From the NCBI GenBank assembly GCA_951406725.2, contig OX597830.1:73284001-73348000 (forward strand): a stretch of 64,000 nucleotides of DNA, given 5' to 3'. This stretch comes from Octopus vulgaris. Its lineage: Eukaryota. The notes beneath the pieces were generated by a model that searched no databases, was not told the origin of the DNA, and saw nothing but the letters and a program-made list of their open reading frames with translations. Each line of letters opens with the position of its first letter. Within the stretch, counting starts at the first letter, position 1. The position numbers and the translations under genes are program-made. Shown here in pieces: positions 27,644-40,720 of the stretch.

Positions 27644-28339
27644 CCCGCTTATAACACGATATTTTATATATTACAGTCATTCCCGACCTTGCTTCCTAAA
27701 AAGACCCTCATGATTTAACCTGCTCCTTTCATCTACTCCTACAGCCGATGATAACAATCTTGATCGAAATCCCAACTTTCTAAAGGGTCAAAGCATCTGG
27801 GTTAATATCAGACCCCAAAACACAGTTTCTGCTCTATTTTACATCGATATAAAACATACATCGCTTTTAATGTTATTTTATCAGAAAGAATTTTTTTTGT
27901 TTGCTTTCTACACACACCCACCCACTTGTGTTTATTTCTGTTTGGATCAACACACGCTTACACACATGTTCACACACACACACACACACACACACTGAAA
28001 CACACTGACACAACCATACATACACACTGACACACAAACGTATAATGACACAGAGAAAACATGTATACACAGTTAAATATTATCATATGGATGCATGTTT
28101 TTACATAAACGGATAAGCGTACAAGTGTACATGCGTATACACAGCGGCACATCCATACATGCAAGCATACACAAACGCACACATGATTTTATTTTTTATC
28201 AATACAGTGTTGGATCTAAGGTTAAAGTTCATAATAATAATAATAATGATAATAAAAATAATAGTAAACCGCTACCCACATAAATCTTACCAAGAATAAT
28301 ACTAAACTTGAGCCAAAACAAAACAACAACAACAGCAAT

Positions 28340-28670
28340 AATAATAATTAATTCTTTTTATTGGCCGCAAGGGCTGACAAACATGATTGGAAAACATAAA
28401 GGGACAAAACAGGACGAAAGGTTACAAAAGGTTCTATCCGTTTTTCGAAAGAAAAAAGTCCGTGTAAACACGCTTTATAACAACGAAAGAAATTCAACAA
28501 TTTACAAAACTCCCAATAGAGGAGACGCTTAGAAAAAAAGAAAAGGTCTCACGTGGAAAAACCCATTAAAGCCACGGGAGCCTGGTCAAAAGGGGGGTAG
28601 AGAGTCCCTGTCTCCTTTTATAATACCTTTTTCAATTACAGGCGAAACCTCAGAATTGGTCCATTTATAC
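28340..28670 (-). mobile_element. LINE 3'UTR fragment (Tx1/L1-like, tentative)
   Basis: Minus strand ends tcagcccttgcggccaataaaaagaa plus (att)n, the same terminus as at about 16585. Confidence 0.45.
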
Positions 28671-28917
28671 TGGCCTATAATAATAAAATATAGACAAATA
28701 CATAAGAAAATACCAGAACTTACACGTATATATAGCATACAGAAAATAGCATTACTAGGCACAGCACACATCTTACGTAAAGCACTTTCAATACAGTAAG
28801 AATTAGAGCACCACAAAATACCACAACACATACTCAAGGCATACAGAACTGAGCTCAGTAGTGCAGTGAAAGCACATAATAAAAATAAGACTACTGAATG
28901 ATAATAATAATAATAAC

Positions 28918-28992
<75 letters not shown>

Positions 28993-28997
28993 AATAA
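28671..28997 (+). mobile_element. Dong/R4-like LINE 3' end with (TAA)n tail
   Basis: KIPELTRIYSIQKIALLGTAHILRKALSIQ* (stop 28797-28799) resembles the QKxxLLGTAxILRxxL C-terminus of RLE-bearing R4/Dong elements, which favour TAA repeats. Confidence 0.75.
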
Positions 28998-29260
28998 TCG
29001 TTTATTCATTAAGTCGACACTTATACCATTGAATGGTGGAAATTATATACACAAAACATGAAACTGGAACATGAAAAACACTACAGTTGGCTGGGATTTG
29101 CTTTCAGAATTACTTCTACATTTATCGTTTTTCATCCCTGGATGACAAAAAACAATGTAGACGCCCCTGAGAGTTGAACCTAAAACGTTAGTAATCATGA
29201 TTAAGTAAATGACACTGCATATCATTTGGCTGTTGAACTTCTCTGCTATTTAAAACTCTG

Positions 29261-29307
<47 letters not shown>

Positions 29308-29471
29308 ATATACATACACACATCAAAGAGCATCAAAGAGCACCCACTACCACTAGCGCCAAACAAAAGTGTAAAAGGTTAGTTATTAAAGTTAAACAGT
29401 TAGGAAAACATACTCAAACACACATTAACATGTATGCCCAACCCCTTTCCATATACATGTGTGTGTGCCTA

Positions 29472-29563
<92 letters not shown>

Positions 29564-30027
29564 ACAGTACATGTAAACTTGTTTTCGCATATAGCGCAGT
29601 AAACCGCACATATGCATATCCTAATGCGCACAGGCATATGCAAAACCAAAAGAACAAAAAGGGAAAAGAATATAAACAAATAAAGATTTTTGAACTGTTC
29701 CTGTTTAATGTTTAGCGATTATGGTTTTTTTCCCCCCACAGCAATATATTTGTGTTGTTAGGGGCAACCAGAAAACGAAAGTACAATCTACCATATATCA
29801 TTCTTGAGTAGATGCGAAACCTCTGCTCTTTCATCACCCGACCTATTATTTGTCATTCCAAGCAGGGAATAAAAAACGTACAAGAATATTCATACCGTAA
29901 ATTATATTCTATTTTTAATATCGATTAATCGATTACATAGTTACACACACACACGCACACAAACACAAACATAAACACACACGCACACATGTATATGTAT
30001 GTATGTATATTTATGTATATATATATA

Positions 30028-30067
<40 letters not shown>

Positions 30068-30088
30068 CGTATATATATACATACGTAC

Positions 30089-30142
<54 letters not shown>

Positions 30143-30314
30143 ATTAATGTTTGTTTCTATTCTCAGTTATAATAAACACAATGTTACGTTTATCTAATGG
30201 GTTATTCTTTTGTTGAGCACACATATACAAGAATGCCGATGGCAGTGACTTCAATGTTTAGGCCAGGGATAGCTTACTTGCCCGAATCTTCTAAGGTACT
30301 CTCAACAACATATA

Positions 30315-30373
<59 letters not shown>

Positions 30374-30529
30374 AATACATGCGGTACCGCTGAAATATAC
30401 AAGTGTTTCTATTCTATCTCTTGCCTATTCCTTTATGTTGAAGAGCCTCGGCTCGAAACATAAAAGAATTTTTCATGTTCCCGAGCTTCTTGTTCACCTG
30501 TCTTCTTCTTATGTTTTTCTATAAATTTC

Positions 30530-30579
<50 letters not shown>

Positions 30580-30596
30580 ACTATATATATAATTTC

Positions 30597-30632
<36 letters not shown>

Positions 30633-30801
30633 TGCCAGCGAAGTGTGGCGTCCTAAACTTCCGATTAGTATTTGCGATTAGTACTCGCAAATACTAATCG
30701 GACGCAGTATATGTGTCGTTAGCCAGCTGGAAGAGATGTCTTCCTGGGGCTATAAACGTCAGTAAGCACTGTCCCATATAGAATGCCACACTTGGCTGGC
30801 A
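30633..30801. mobile_element. Nested foldback element (MITE-like)
   Basis: 22-nt outer inverted repeats (19/22 match), a perfect 18-bp hairpin at 30660-30702 and a second hairpin at 30720-30752. Confidence 0.65.
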
Positions 30802-31574
30802 ATTGTATGTTACGATTCCGTATTGCTACTTTTTACATCTCGCTCAGAAATTTAATATAACTATATATGTGTATATATATGCAAGTATGTATATACATGT
30901 ATATACAAACGCCATCTCTACTGAATTTTGTGTATATTTTCGGTTTGGGAATGCCTATACTCACATGCCATCTTGAATCTCGAGCAATCATACATGCACA
31001 TGTCCATATCAAACACACTTGCATGCATATGCGCATATACATCATGGTTCTACAATCCATGTGATCTTAACTTTCCTAATTCAATGAACGGTCCATGACC
31101 CTCTCGTCTTCATGTTCTGTGTGTATGAAATGTTATTAGTTTTTAATCGCGCAACTAGTAACATTCTATAAAATACCAGGCAGAAAAAAAATGTACTAAT
31201 TTCAACAGTTGGTTCTATATAGAAGCATGCAACATAGGATTACACTAATTTTCACAACTGATGATTTCGTAGTATATTTTGACATAAGATTAAGTGGAGA
31301 ATATTTGTTAATTATATTTATATAAATATAAATCTGAAATCTATTTACAAAGATATGCACACGAGAATGTCTGACACGAAAACGAAGCGGACATTACGTC
31401 ATATGCTATTTTGGTGATAAGTCTGAGAGTTTTTTTTTTAATATATTGGAGACACACAGGAATGGTACATTCTCTTGAATCGCACCACCGAAAGTAATAA
31501 TAGGAAAATATGGGAAATCTTTATCCGAAATATCTATGGAAGCAGTATCATACAAATACACAGACAGACAGACA

Positions 31575-31616
<42 letters not shown>

Positions 31617-31864
31617 TACACACGCATGTGCAAACGCACATACACACACACGCTCACTAACCCACTCACTTGCTCACTCACACAAAAGAGACGCATACTT
31701 ATACACATATGAATGTAAGCATATGCGTATGTATGGATGAATAGATGTACATTTGTATATGTGTATATATATATATATATTTATATATACATACATATGC
31801 TTTTAAATATATACATACATATATACATTACACATATCCATATATACATGCTCACATACATACA

Positions 31865-31900
<36 letters not shown>

Positions 31901-32175
31901 CTTACATACATATATACACGGCACTGGGGTACATATCACACTGCCACAATAGCGAGCTTGAGAAATTAGGTTCCCCAAAACCGAAAAAGAGAAAGCTGAT
32001 TCGATGCATCACTGGAACTGTAAAAATCTATAAAACTTTCCAGAAATTTATCATTCAAGTATAAATGAGCATGTCTAGATATGCATGTATATGCATGAGG
32101 GGATATACATAAAACAAAACATACAAAATTGACATATACATAATACATACATACGTACATACATACATACATACA

Positions 32176-32209
<34 letters not shown>

Positions 32210-32646
32210 CATGCATACATACATGCATGCATACATACGTATACTACTGTTGATGTTGAAAATTCTATGAAAGAGCCTTGGATCTAGGTCAGAAACCGAC
32301 AGTTTCTCTATTGGCAAGAAACCTTCAAATTAAACTTAATAATGACATGCATACATACATACATACATGCATACATACATACATACATACATACATACAT
32401 ACATAATACATACATACACACACAATTCATACATAATACACACACACACACATAAATACATACCTACCAACATACATGCATACATACATACATACATGCA
32501 CACACAATTCATACATAATATACACACACATACATACATACCTACATACATACATACATACATACATACAAACATACACACACACATACATACATACATA
32601 CATACATACATACATACATACATACATACATACATACATACATACA

Positions 32647-32678
<32 letters not shown>

Positions 32679-33462
32679 CAGTTGCCTTGTCACATCACCT
32701 GTTGCACATCAAATTCACACATAATATTTCAAGTGGAACATCATTAAAAATTGTTTTAGTTTTACATCGCACAGAAATTGTTATACATTCGAAAATGTGA
32801 TTAGACGATTAAACTGTTTTCTGTTAAAATATATGTCGCCATTAAATTTATAAACAAAAATGAGTAAATAAGAAATAAAAGAAATTAAACAAACAAACAA
32901 ATGAAATGAAATGAAATGAAAAAGGAAAAAAAAAAAGAATTCTTAGCGCTTCATTTACTTCACGCCTCCACTGACGACTAGTCAACCGTGACGGTGATTA
33001 AAACAATGCAATGCTTTGATGATGATGATTATGATGATGATGATGATGGTGGTGATGATGATGGTGGTGATGACTGCGACGATGACGATGATCACGACGA
33101 CGATGATGATTGTGACGATGCTGACGGTGATTATTGCCTGTGCTGGTGGTGGTGGTGGTGGTGGTGGTGGTGGTGATGGTGGTGGTGATGATGGTGGTAG
33201 ATGGTGACGCTCATATCGATAATGATAATGATGATGATGATTATGATGATGATGGTGATGATGACTGCGACGATGACGATGATCACGACGACGAAAACAG
33301 CGAGTACGAGGGTAGCAGTATGAAGATTATTGGTTCGTTATGACGGTGATGGCGGTAGTCATGGTGACGGTGAGGCTGATATTTATATAGTTATTGATAA
33401 CGTTGATGACCAATATGACAGTTCCATATTCATCTAATACCACCACCCCACCACCACCACTG

Positions 33463-33502
<40 letters not shown>

Positions 33503-33649
33503 ACTACTTGTAGTAGTAGTAGTAGTAGTAGTAAGGTTAAGTATTTTATGTCTGAGACGGGCTGTTACATTGAGTTTCATATTACCAAGGATCTGCTGGA
33601 TGTTACAATATACAGGGAAGATGATATGGGCCTCAAATACATTATGTGT

Positions 33650-33689
<40 letters not shown>

Positions 33690-33704
<15 letters not shown>

Positions 33705-33885
33705 GTTCCCTCCACAGTCGCTTCACAACCGATGTTGGTGTGTTTAAATTTCTGCAAATTAGGGCTGCGGGAAAGAAGTTCCGATAGAATAGGTACTTGG
33801 CTTACAAAAAATAAATCCTTTAGTTTGTTCGACTAAAAGCGACGCTCCAGCATGGCTGCAGTCAAATATCTGAAATAAATAAATT
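33690..33885 (+). mobile_element. SINE family A, diverged 3' half
   Basis: acaaccgatgttggtgtgttta...ccgatagaataggtac...gctccagcatggctgcagtcaaat. Confidence 0.75.
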
Positions 33886-34054
33886 AAAAAAAAAAAAGAT
33901 TAATGTATCTATATGTATATATACGTGTGTGTGATAGTGTGTGTATGTGTGTATAAGATTTTTAGATTCATTCCAAGATAGACAGGTACGTTATATACTA
34001 GTTGTGTATGTGTGGTATAGATACGCATATTTGTGGGTGTGAATTTTATACAGA

Positions 34055-34104
<50 letters not shown>

Positions 34105-34419
34105 GAGGGAGACAGACAGACAGACAGACAGACAGACGGACGGACGGAGAAAGAGAGCAGCTGTTATTGGGATAGTAAAACACAAGATTTTAAGCAACTA
34201 AAAACAAATGTTTATCAACATAGTTGTGTAGATCAAAGGCAATTAATTCTTGTCATTCCTTTTATAATCGGCATCTCACGTGTTTCTGCTAAATGCGACG
34301 GCTCACTATCAATCTTGTGAAGACAAAACATTCTTTATTTATTACAAATAATAATAATAATGATAATACTATGGATGATGACGATGACGACGACAGCAAC
34401 AATTATAATAGTAATGATA

Positions 34420-34638
34420 ACTGTTTCAAATTTTGCCACAAGGGCAGCGGTTTGGGGGGGAGTTGGGTGAGTCGATTATATCGACCCCTGTGTTCAACTC
34501 GTACTTATTTTATCGAACCTCGAGAGCATAAAAGGCGAAGTCGACCTCGGCAGAATTTGAACTCAGAACTGTAGTGACGGGCGAAATACCGCTAAGCATT
34601 ATGTCCTGTGTGCTAACGATCCTGCCAACTCGTCGCCT
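34420..34638 (-). mobile_element. SINE family B
   Basis: gtcgacctcggcagaatttgaactcagaac...ctgccaactcgtcgcc matches 11484-11710. Confidence 0.8.
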
Positions 34639-34654
34639 TAATAATAATAATAAC

Positions 34655-34718
<64 letters not shown>

Positions 34719-34873
34719 GTAACAACAACAACAATAATGATGATGATCTTTCTAGTATAAGCACGGGGCCTGAAATTTGGGGGAAACGAATAATCGATTA
34801 GATCGACTCCAGTACGTAACTGGTACATATTTAATTGACCCTAAATGCATATTCTGCTGCGAAACAATTCATG

Positions 34874-34913
<40 letters not shown>

Positions 34914-35221
34914 AATAATAATAATAATAAGCATTATCATTTTTGTTATAGTTGCAAATAGCAGCTGCTACTTATCATAACCATCTTTATTTATAGCTCT
35001 CTCTCTAATTTTCCCCCTCTCTCTCTCTCTCTCTAACTCTCACTCCCTCCCTAACTCACTCTCTTTCCTATTTTTATGTCTTTTGTATGTCATAGTTCAC
35101 ATATTCTGGAGTCTGTTTTTCGTATGTGGTTCCTTTTACCTGCCTGGAAGACAAAAAAAACGCCATTTCCAACATCGTGCTTACTTCACTTCATACTGTC
35201 GTAAACTTTCTGGTTACTTTT

Positions 35222-35684
35222 TTTACTCTTTTACTTGTTTCAGTCATTTCACTGTTGCCATACTGGAGCACCGCCTTTAGTCGAGCAAATCGATATCAGG
35301 ACTTATTCTTTGTAAGCCTATCGGTCACTTTTGCCGAACCGCTAAGTTACGGCGACGTAAACACAACAGCATCGGTTGTCAAGCGATGTTGGGGGACAAA
35401 CACAGACACACAAACATATACACACACGCATGTATATATATATGTATATATATATATATATATTGGTTTATGTTTTTCACTGTTTGATTTGCCTAATAGT
35501 GGTTTTATCTCTAATATAATTTATAAGTATATATATATATACACACACACATATATATATATATACGTCTACCAAATCCACTAACAGTCGGTCTGAAGCT
35601 ATAGTAGAAGACACTTGCCCAAGGTGCCACGCAGTGGGACTGAACCCGGAACCAAGCTACTTACCACACAGCCACTCATACGCC
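35222..35684 (-). mobile_element. SINE family A with a foreign insert in its internal microsatellite
   Basis: Tail and head are recognisable; 35461-35527 matches the AT-rich repeat at 22055-22120. Confidence 0.85.
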
Positions 35685-36732
35685 TATATTGTAAAAGTAT
35701 TGCTTTGTGGTATTTCTTCTCTCTCTTTACATCCTCAGCTCATATACCGCCGAAACTCAATTTAGCAATTAATCCATTCGGAATCTGTAAATAAATGTAC
35801 CACTCGGTAAATGAAAGTACCACTGGAGTACTCAGGTCGTAAATTCACGCTTGAAGATGATGCTGATGATGATGATGATGATGATGATGGCGAGGAGAAA
35901 AAGAGTGATGAGGATAAACTGGAGGATTATGGTCATGATCATCATCATCGTCGTCTTCGTCATCAACCTGAGAGGGTGGCGATGGTGGTGGTGGTGGTGG
36001 TGGTAGTGGTGGTGGAGAATGCGATCCACTGCAAATTTGAGACTGTTATTCAAAATATGGCAGTTTTATGATCACGATCATTATTGAAACACCCTTTTCA
36101 TCGTTTTTAACTTGGTTCACGATTATCTAATTCTTTATTTTCTTCATTCCCTCCCCCCTCGCTCCCTCTCCCTCCCTCTTTCTCTCTTCCTCTTTCTGTA
36201 CCTCTTGCTCCGTTTGTACACAAATACACACATATCCACTCACACATACCTACTCAAACACACACACATGTATTGAGTGTGTATCTCTATCTGTTTCTTT
36301 CTTTTTCTCTCTCTCTCTCACCATATATATATATATGTATGTGTATATGTATACACATATATGTGTATATATATATATATATATATACATACACACACAC
36401 ACACACATACATACACACACATATATATATATACATACAAATATATATAGATATATATATGCATATATATATAAATATGTATGTGTGTGAGTGTACATAT
36501 ATATGTATATATATATACACACACACATATACCCACTCATAGACATTGATTTATATCTGTGCATGTAAATATACAAGTGTAGATACATGCATACACACGG
36601 AAACACGTGCAAGCGCGTACACATTTATACACATACTTACACATATATAGAAAATCATTCACAGATAAACACACAAACACGGCCATACGTATGTGTGCGC
36701 GTTTGTGCTTGAGTGTGTTCGTATAGGTGTGG

Positions 36733-36764
<32 letters not shown>

Positions 36765-37015
36765 AAACACTAAGCAAAAAATATTTCATTTTCTCTCAGT
36801 TTCGAACGACTGTCCTATGCAGCTAAAAGAAGCTTACGAAAACATTCAGTAAAAAAAGATATTTAAAACGTGTAGAGAAGATTTCATTGGATCACATTGA
36901 AATAACACAGTCTGATTGGCTGGCGATATAATTGGTGAATACAATGTTACTGTAGTGATTCAGATTAGAAGGATTAGCTTGAGAAAGAAGCGAGGGATTA
37001 ACAAAAGAAAAATAA

Positions 37016-37436
37016 GGCGCAGGAGTGGCTGTGTGGTAAGTAGCTTGCTAACCAACCACATGGTTCCGGGTTCAGTCCCACTGCGTGGAATCTTGGGCAA
37101 GTGTCTTCTGCTATAGCCCTAGGCCGACCAATACCTTGTGAGTGGATTTGGTAGACGGAAACTGAAAGAAGCCTGTTGTATATATGTATATATACATATA
37201 TGTATGTGTGTATATGTGTTTGTGTGTCTGTGTTTGTCCCCCTAGCATTGCTTGACAACCGATGCTGGTGTGTTTACGTCCCCGTTACTTTGCGCGTCGG
37301 CAAAAGAGACCGATAGAATAAGTACTGGGCTTACAAAGAATAAGTCCCGGGGTCGAGTTGCTCGACTAAAGGCGGTGCTCCAGCATGGCCACAGTCAAAA
37401 TGACTGAAACAAGTAAAAGAGAGTAAAAGAGAGTAA
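37016..37436 (+). mobile_element. SINE family A, near-consensus full length
   Basis: GGCGCAGGAGTGGCTGTGTGGTAAG...GGTTCAGTCCCACTGCGTGG head; (gagtaaaaga)n tail. Confidence 0.92.
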
Positions 37437-37485
37437 GGAGGAAACAAGCCGTGTCAAGCGATGTAGAGAGGACAAAAACAGACAG

Positions 37486-37517
<32 letters not shown>

Positions 37518-37674
37518 AAACACACACACATACACAAACACACAAACATACACAAACACACATACACAAACACACACACATACACAAACACACACACACA
37601 CATACACAAACACACACACACACGCACACATACACAAACACACACACACACACACACACAAACCTCAATATATG

Positions 37675-37870
37675 AAAATCAAACAAAAAATAAAAAACAA
37701 GGAACACGAGGACTTGGTATATGTAAAGTATTAGCAGACGCTCAGGTAAGGAAAGAAATGTGGTTTTACGTTTTGAGCAAAGCTCTTCTTCGGAAACAGG
37801 AGACACAGGAAATTCCAATAGAAAAGGAAGACGGAGGAAAAGAATTCGCCGATTCACATGTGGTAGCGTA
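37675..37870 (-). mobile_element. Hammerhead-family short element, degenerate
   Basis: Homologous to 43091-43310; motif gtttCCGAAGAaGAGCtttGCTCAAAACGTAaaac at 37763-37797 on the minus strand. Confidence 0.65.
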
Positions 37871-37872
37871 TA

Positions 37873-37995
<123 letters not shown>

Positions 37996-38149
37996 CTGGT
38001 TCTTGACTGATGACTGAGGGCTTCGAATGTCCCGTCCTGTGGTTCTTGTGTCGTCTCTGTGGCGTTTCATGTTCTTGTCCATGTCTGTAATTATTTTTAC
38101 TGTTTACCTATATATATATATATATATACATATATATGTGTGTGTCTGT

Positions 38150-38282
38150 GTGTACGACGGACTTTATCGGTCGGCCCGAGGCTATAGCAGGAAACACATA
38201 CTCAAGGTGTCACGCAGTGGGACTGAACCCCGAACCATTCGGCTGGTTGGCAAGTTACTTACCACAAAGCAACTCCTACGCC
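38150..38282 (-). mobile_element. SINE family A, head fragment
   Basis: cacgcagtgggactgaaccc...cttaccacaaagcaactcctacgcc. Confidence 0.8.
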
Positions 38283-38352
<70 letters not shown>

Positions 38353-38465
38353 TGAGAAGAGATCAGTTATGATTGCATTCATTTAAAGCTCCAAAAGATA
38401 TACAAGTGTGTGCTTGTGAGCTTGCGTACATTTATGTGTGTATTATATGCATTTAAACATGTTGT

Positions 38466-38496
<31 letters not shown>

Positions 38497-38536
38497 GTCT
38501 GTATTATATACATACATACATGTGTATATATACGTG

Positions 38537-38634
<98 letters not shown>

Positions 38635-39104
38635 TGTATATATTATACACGCATACACACACGTAATTTGTTAGACGCGCCTAATTGGTAGAGTCATTAC
38701 AACGACGGATTAATGGTTTTACCGTACTTGTTCCGGTTCCCTGAACACTGAGCTTAAGTATCGCCGGGATCAACTTGGCTTTTCATCCCGTCGGAGTTGA
38801 TAAATAAAGTACCAGTCCTGCAAGGAGGTCAGTTCGTCTCTCGCTCCCTCGCATTTTTCTTGTTTGCCTGATTTTCTTACCGGAAGGACACGCCTATTTT
38901 TTTAAAACCCGAGTGGGATGTTCCCTGCCACATCTAAAGCACCTTTAAGACACACCAACGACCGCACCAAGTCCTTAATGGATATGGCATCCCTTAGACG
39001 TAAAAGAACGATTCCTTGTAGCACTTCTACTTTCCATAGAACCTCTGATTCGGGAACACAGGAGTAACGGTGGTAATTATTGACATTCTGTTGCATCGAA
39101 TATA

Positions 39105-39312
39105 CAGTAATCCCTCGACTATCGCGGATGTTACGCTCCAGCCACCCCTACCATCGCGATAGGTAAAAATCCGCGAAGTACAAACAGTACTGTACTGCAT
39201 ATTTTTTTTTTATCATTTTATAATTTTTATGTATTTATATTTATTATAAATGCAAAACCACGGAGGAATCGACGTGATAGATAAAATAAACCGTGATAGA
39301 TGAACCGCGTGA
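39105..39312 (+). mobile_element. Tigger/pogo-like MITE, right end truncated
   Basis: TA|cagtaatccctcgactatcgcgg left TIR, as in 19279-19461. Confidence 0.6.
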
Positions 39313-39344
39313 GGTTAACGCAAACAAACACACAGACACATAGT

Positions 39345-39515
39345 GAGAATTTACAAAAAAAAACGAAAGATGAAGGCGGGCGTGTAAAGAACAAACAGAT
39401 GTATTAGTTGAACGGTCGGGAAGAGAGAAAGTCTTTTACGTTTCGAGCCTGCGCTCTTCGACAGAAAGGCACACAGAAATAAACAGGGAGAGAAAATAGA
39501 AAAAGATTTAGTATA
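39345..39515 (-). mobile_element. Hammerhead-family short element (CUGUCGA core)
   Basis: Minus strand 39433-39468: ctttCTGTCGAaGAGCgcagGCTCGAAACGTAaaag. Confidence 0.7.
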
Positions 39516-39543
39516 GACAGACACACAAACGCATAGAGATAGG

Positions 39544-39635
<92 letters not shown>

Positions 39636-39661
39636 TCTTTATTAGCTGACAACTGTTCGTG

Positions 39662-39992
39662 CAATAGGAGCACTCCGTCGGTTACGACTACGAGGGTCCC
39701 AGCTGATACGATCAACGGAACAGCTTGCTAGTGAAATTAACGTCTAAGTGGCTGAGCATTTCACAGACACCTGTACCCCTAACGTAGTTCGCAAGGAGAT
39801 TCAGCGTGACACAGAGTGCGAGAAGGCTGACCCTTTTTTGAAATATAGGTACTACTCATTTTTGCCAGCTGAGTGGACTGGAGCAACGTGAAATTAAGTG
39901 TCTTGCTCAAGCACACAATGCGTTGCCGGGAATCGAACTCACAACCTTACGATCATGAGCCGAATGCCCTAACCACTAAGCCACGCGCCCTC
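39662..39992 (-). mobile_element. tRNA-derived SINE, family D (CORE-like; possibly octopus OR2-like)
   Basis: Head GGGCGCGTGGCTTAGTGGTTAGG...GAGTTCGATTCCC, then a CORE-like cttgagcaagacacttaa...; the 3' half is shared with family C. Confidence 0.8.
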
Positions 39993-40399
39993 GCATAAGG
40001 TTATACACAAACACTCAGCTTGGGGCGCGTCGCATCTTATAGCAGAAACATCTATAAGTTAATGAAGTTCATAATATAATTTCTCGTTCCCTGATCATTT
40101 ATATTAACTCTTGTGTGTGCATGTGTGTGTGTGTGTGCGTGTATGTGTTCATATAAGCCTATATTTAATGTAATTTATTATGTAATATAATATACGCACC
40201 TACAAAGTCTCTGTCACACACATACCTATAGATAAATGGTTGGGTGCACGGCTGGATGGACACATGGTGAGGTGAATGGATAGAGGGATGGCTGAATAGA
40301 TGGATGGATAGGTGAGTAGGTGGAGAGATGGAGAGATAGACAGATGGACAAGTGGACGGATGGATGCATATGATAGATCGTTAGCTCTTACACGCATTT

Positions 40400-40575
40400 T
40401 TTTTTTCTCTCCTTGTTTTTTTTTCTGTGTATCTTTCTGTCGAAGAGCGAAGGCTCGAAACGTAAAAGACTTTTTCTATTTCTATTTCTATTCCTGAGCG
40501 CGATACTAATACATTTGTTTGTTTGTACTCCACCTGCCTTCGTCTTTTGTTTATTTTCGTAAACCTTCCCTTTAT
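40400..40575 (+). mobile_element. Hammerhead-family short element (CUGUCGA core)
   Basis: 40432-40469: tctttCTGTCGAaGAGCgaagGCTCGAAACGTAaaaga; stem I tcttt/aaaga, stem II GAGC/GCTC. Confidence 0.7.
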
Positions 40576-40720
40576 ATACTCTTTTTTTTAACTCTTTTAC
40601 TTGTTTCAGTCATTTGACTGCGGCCATGCTGGAGCACCGCCTTTAGTCGAGCAAATCGACCCCGGGACTTATTCTTTGTAAGCCCAGTACTTATTCTATC
40701 AGTCTCTTTTGCCGAACCGC
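40576..40720 (-). mobile_element. SINE family A, 3' fragment
   Basis: Near-identical to the family A tail. Confidence 0.85.

Noticed and set aside
32988-33343. Asp-rich ORFs and a duplicated gactgcgacgatgacgatgatcacgacgacga block
   Set aside because: Trinucleotide-repeat slippage with a small local duplication; no coding evidence.
35811-36071. Acidic/His-rich ORF MKVPLEYSGRKF...DDDD
   Set aside because: Largely (GAT/CAT/GGT)n-derived, with no recognisable domain or convincing splice context.
38008-38035. CTGATGA hammerhead-like heptamer
   Set aside because: No stem II followed by GAAA downstream.
38902-39096. Non-repetitive 64-aa minus-strand ORF
   Set aside because: Short, no recognisable motif, and sandwiched between a degenerate SINE and a MITE.
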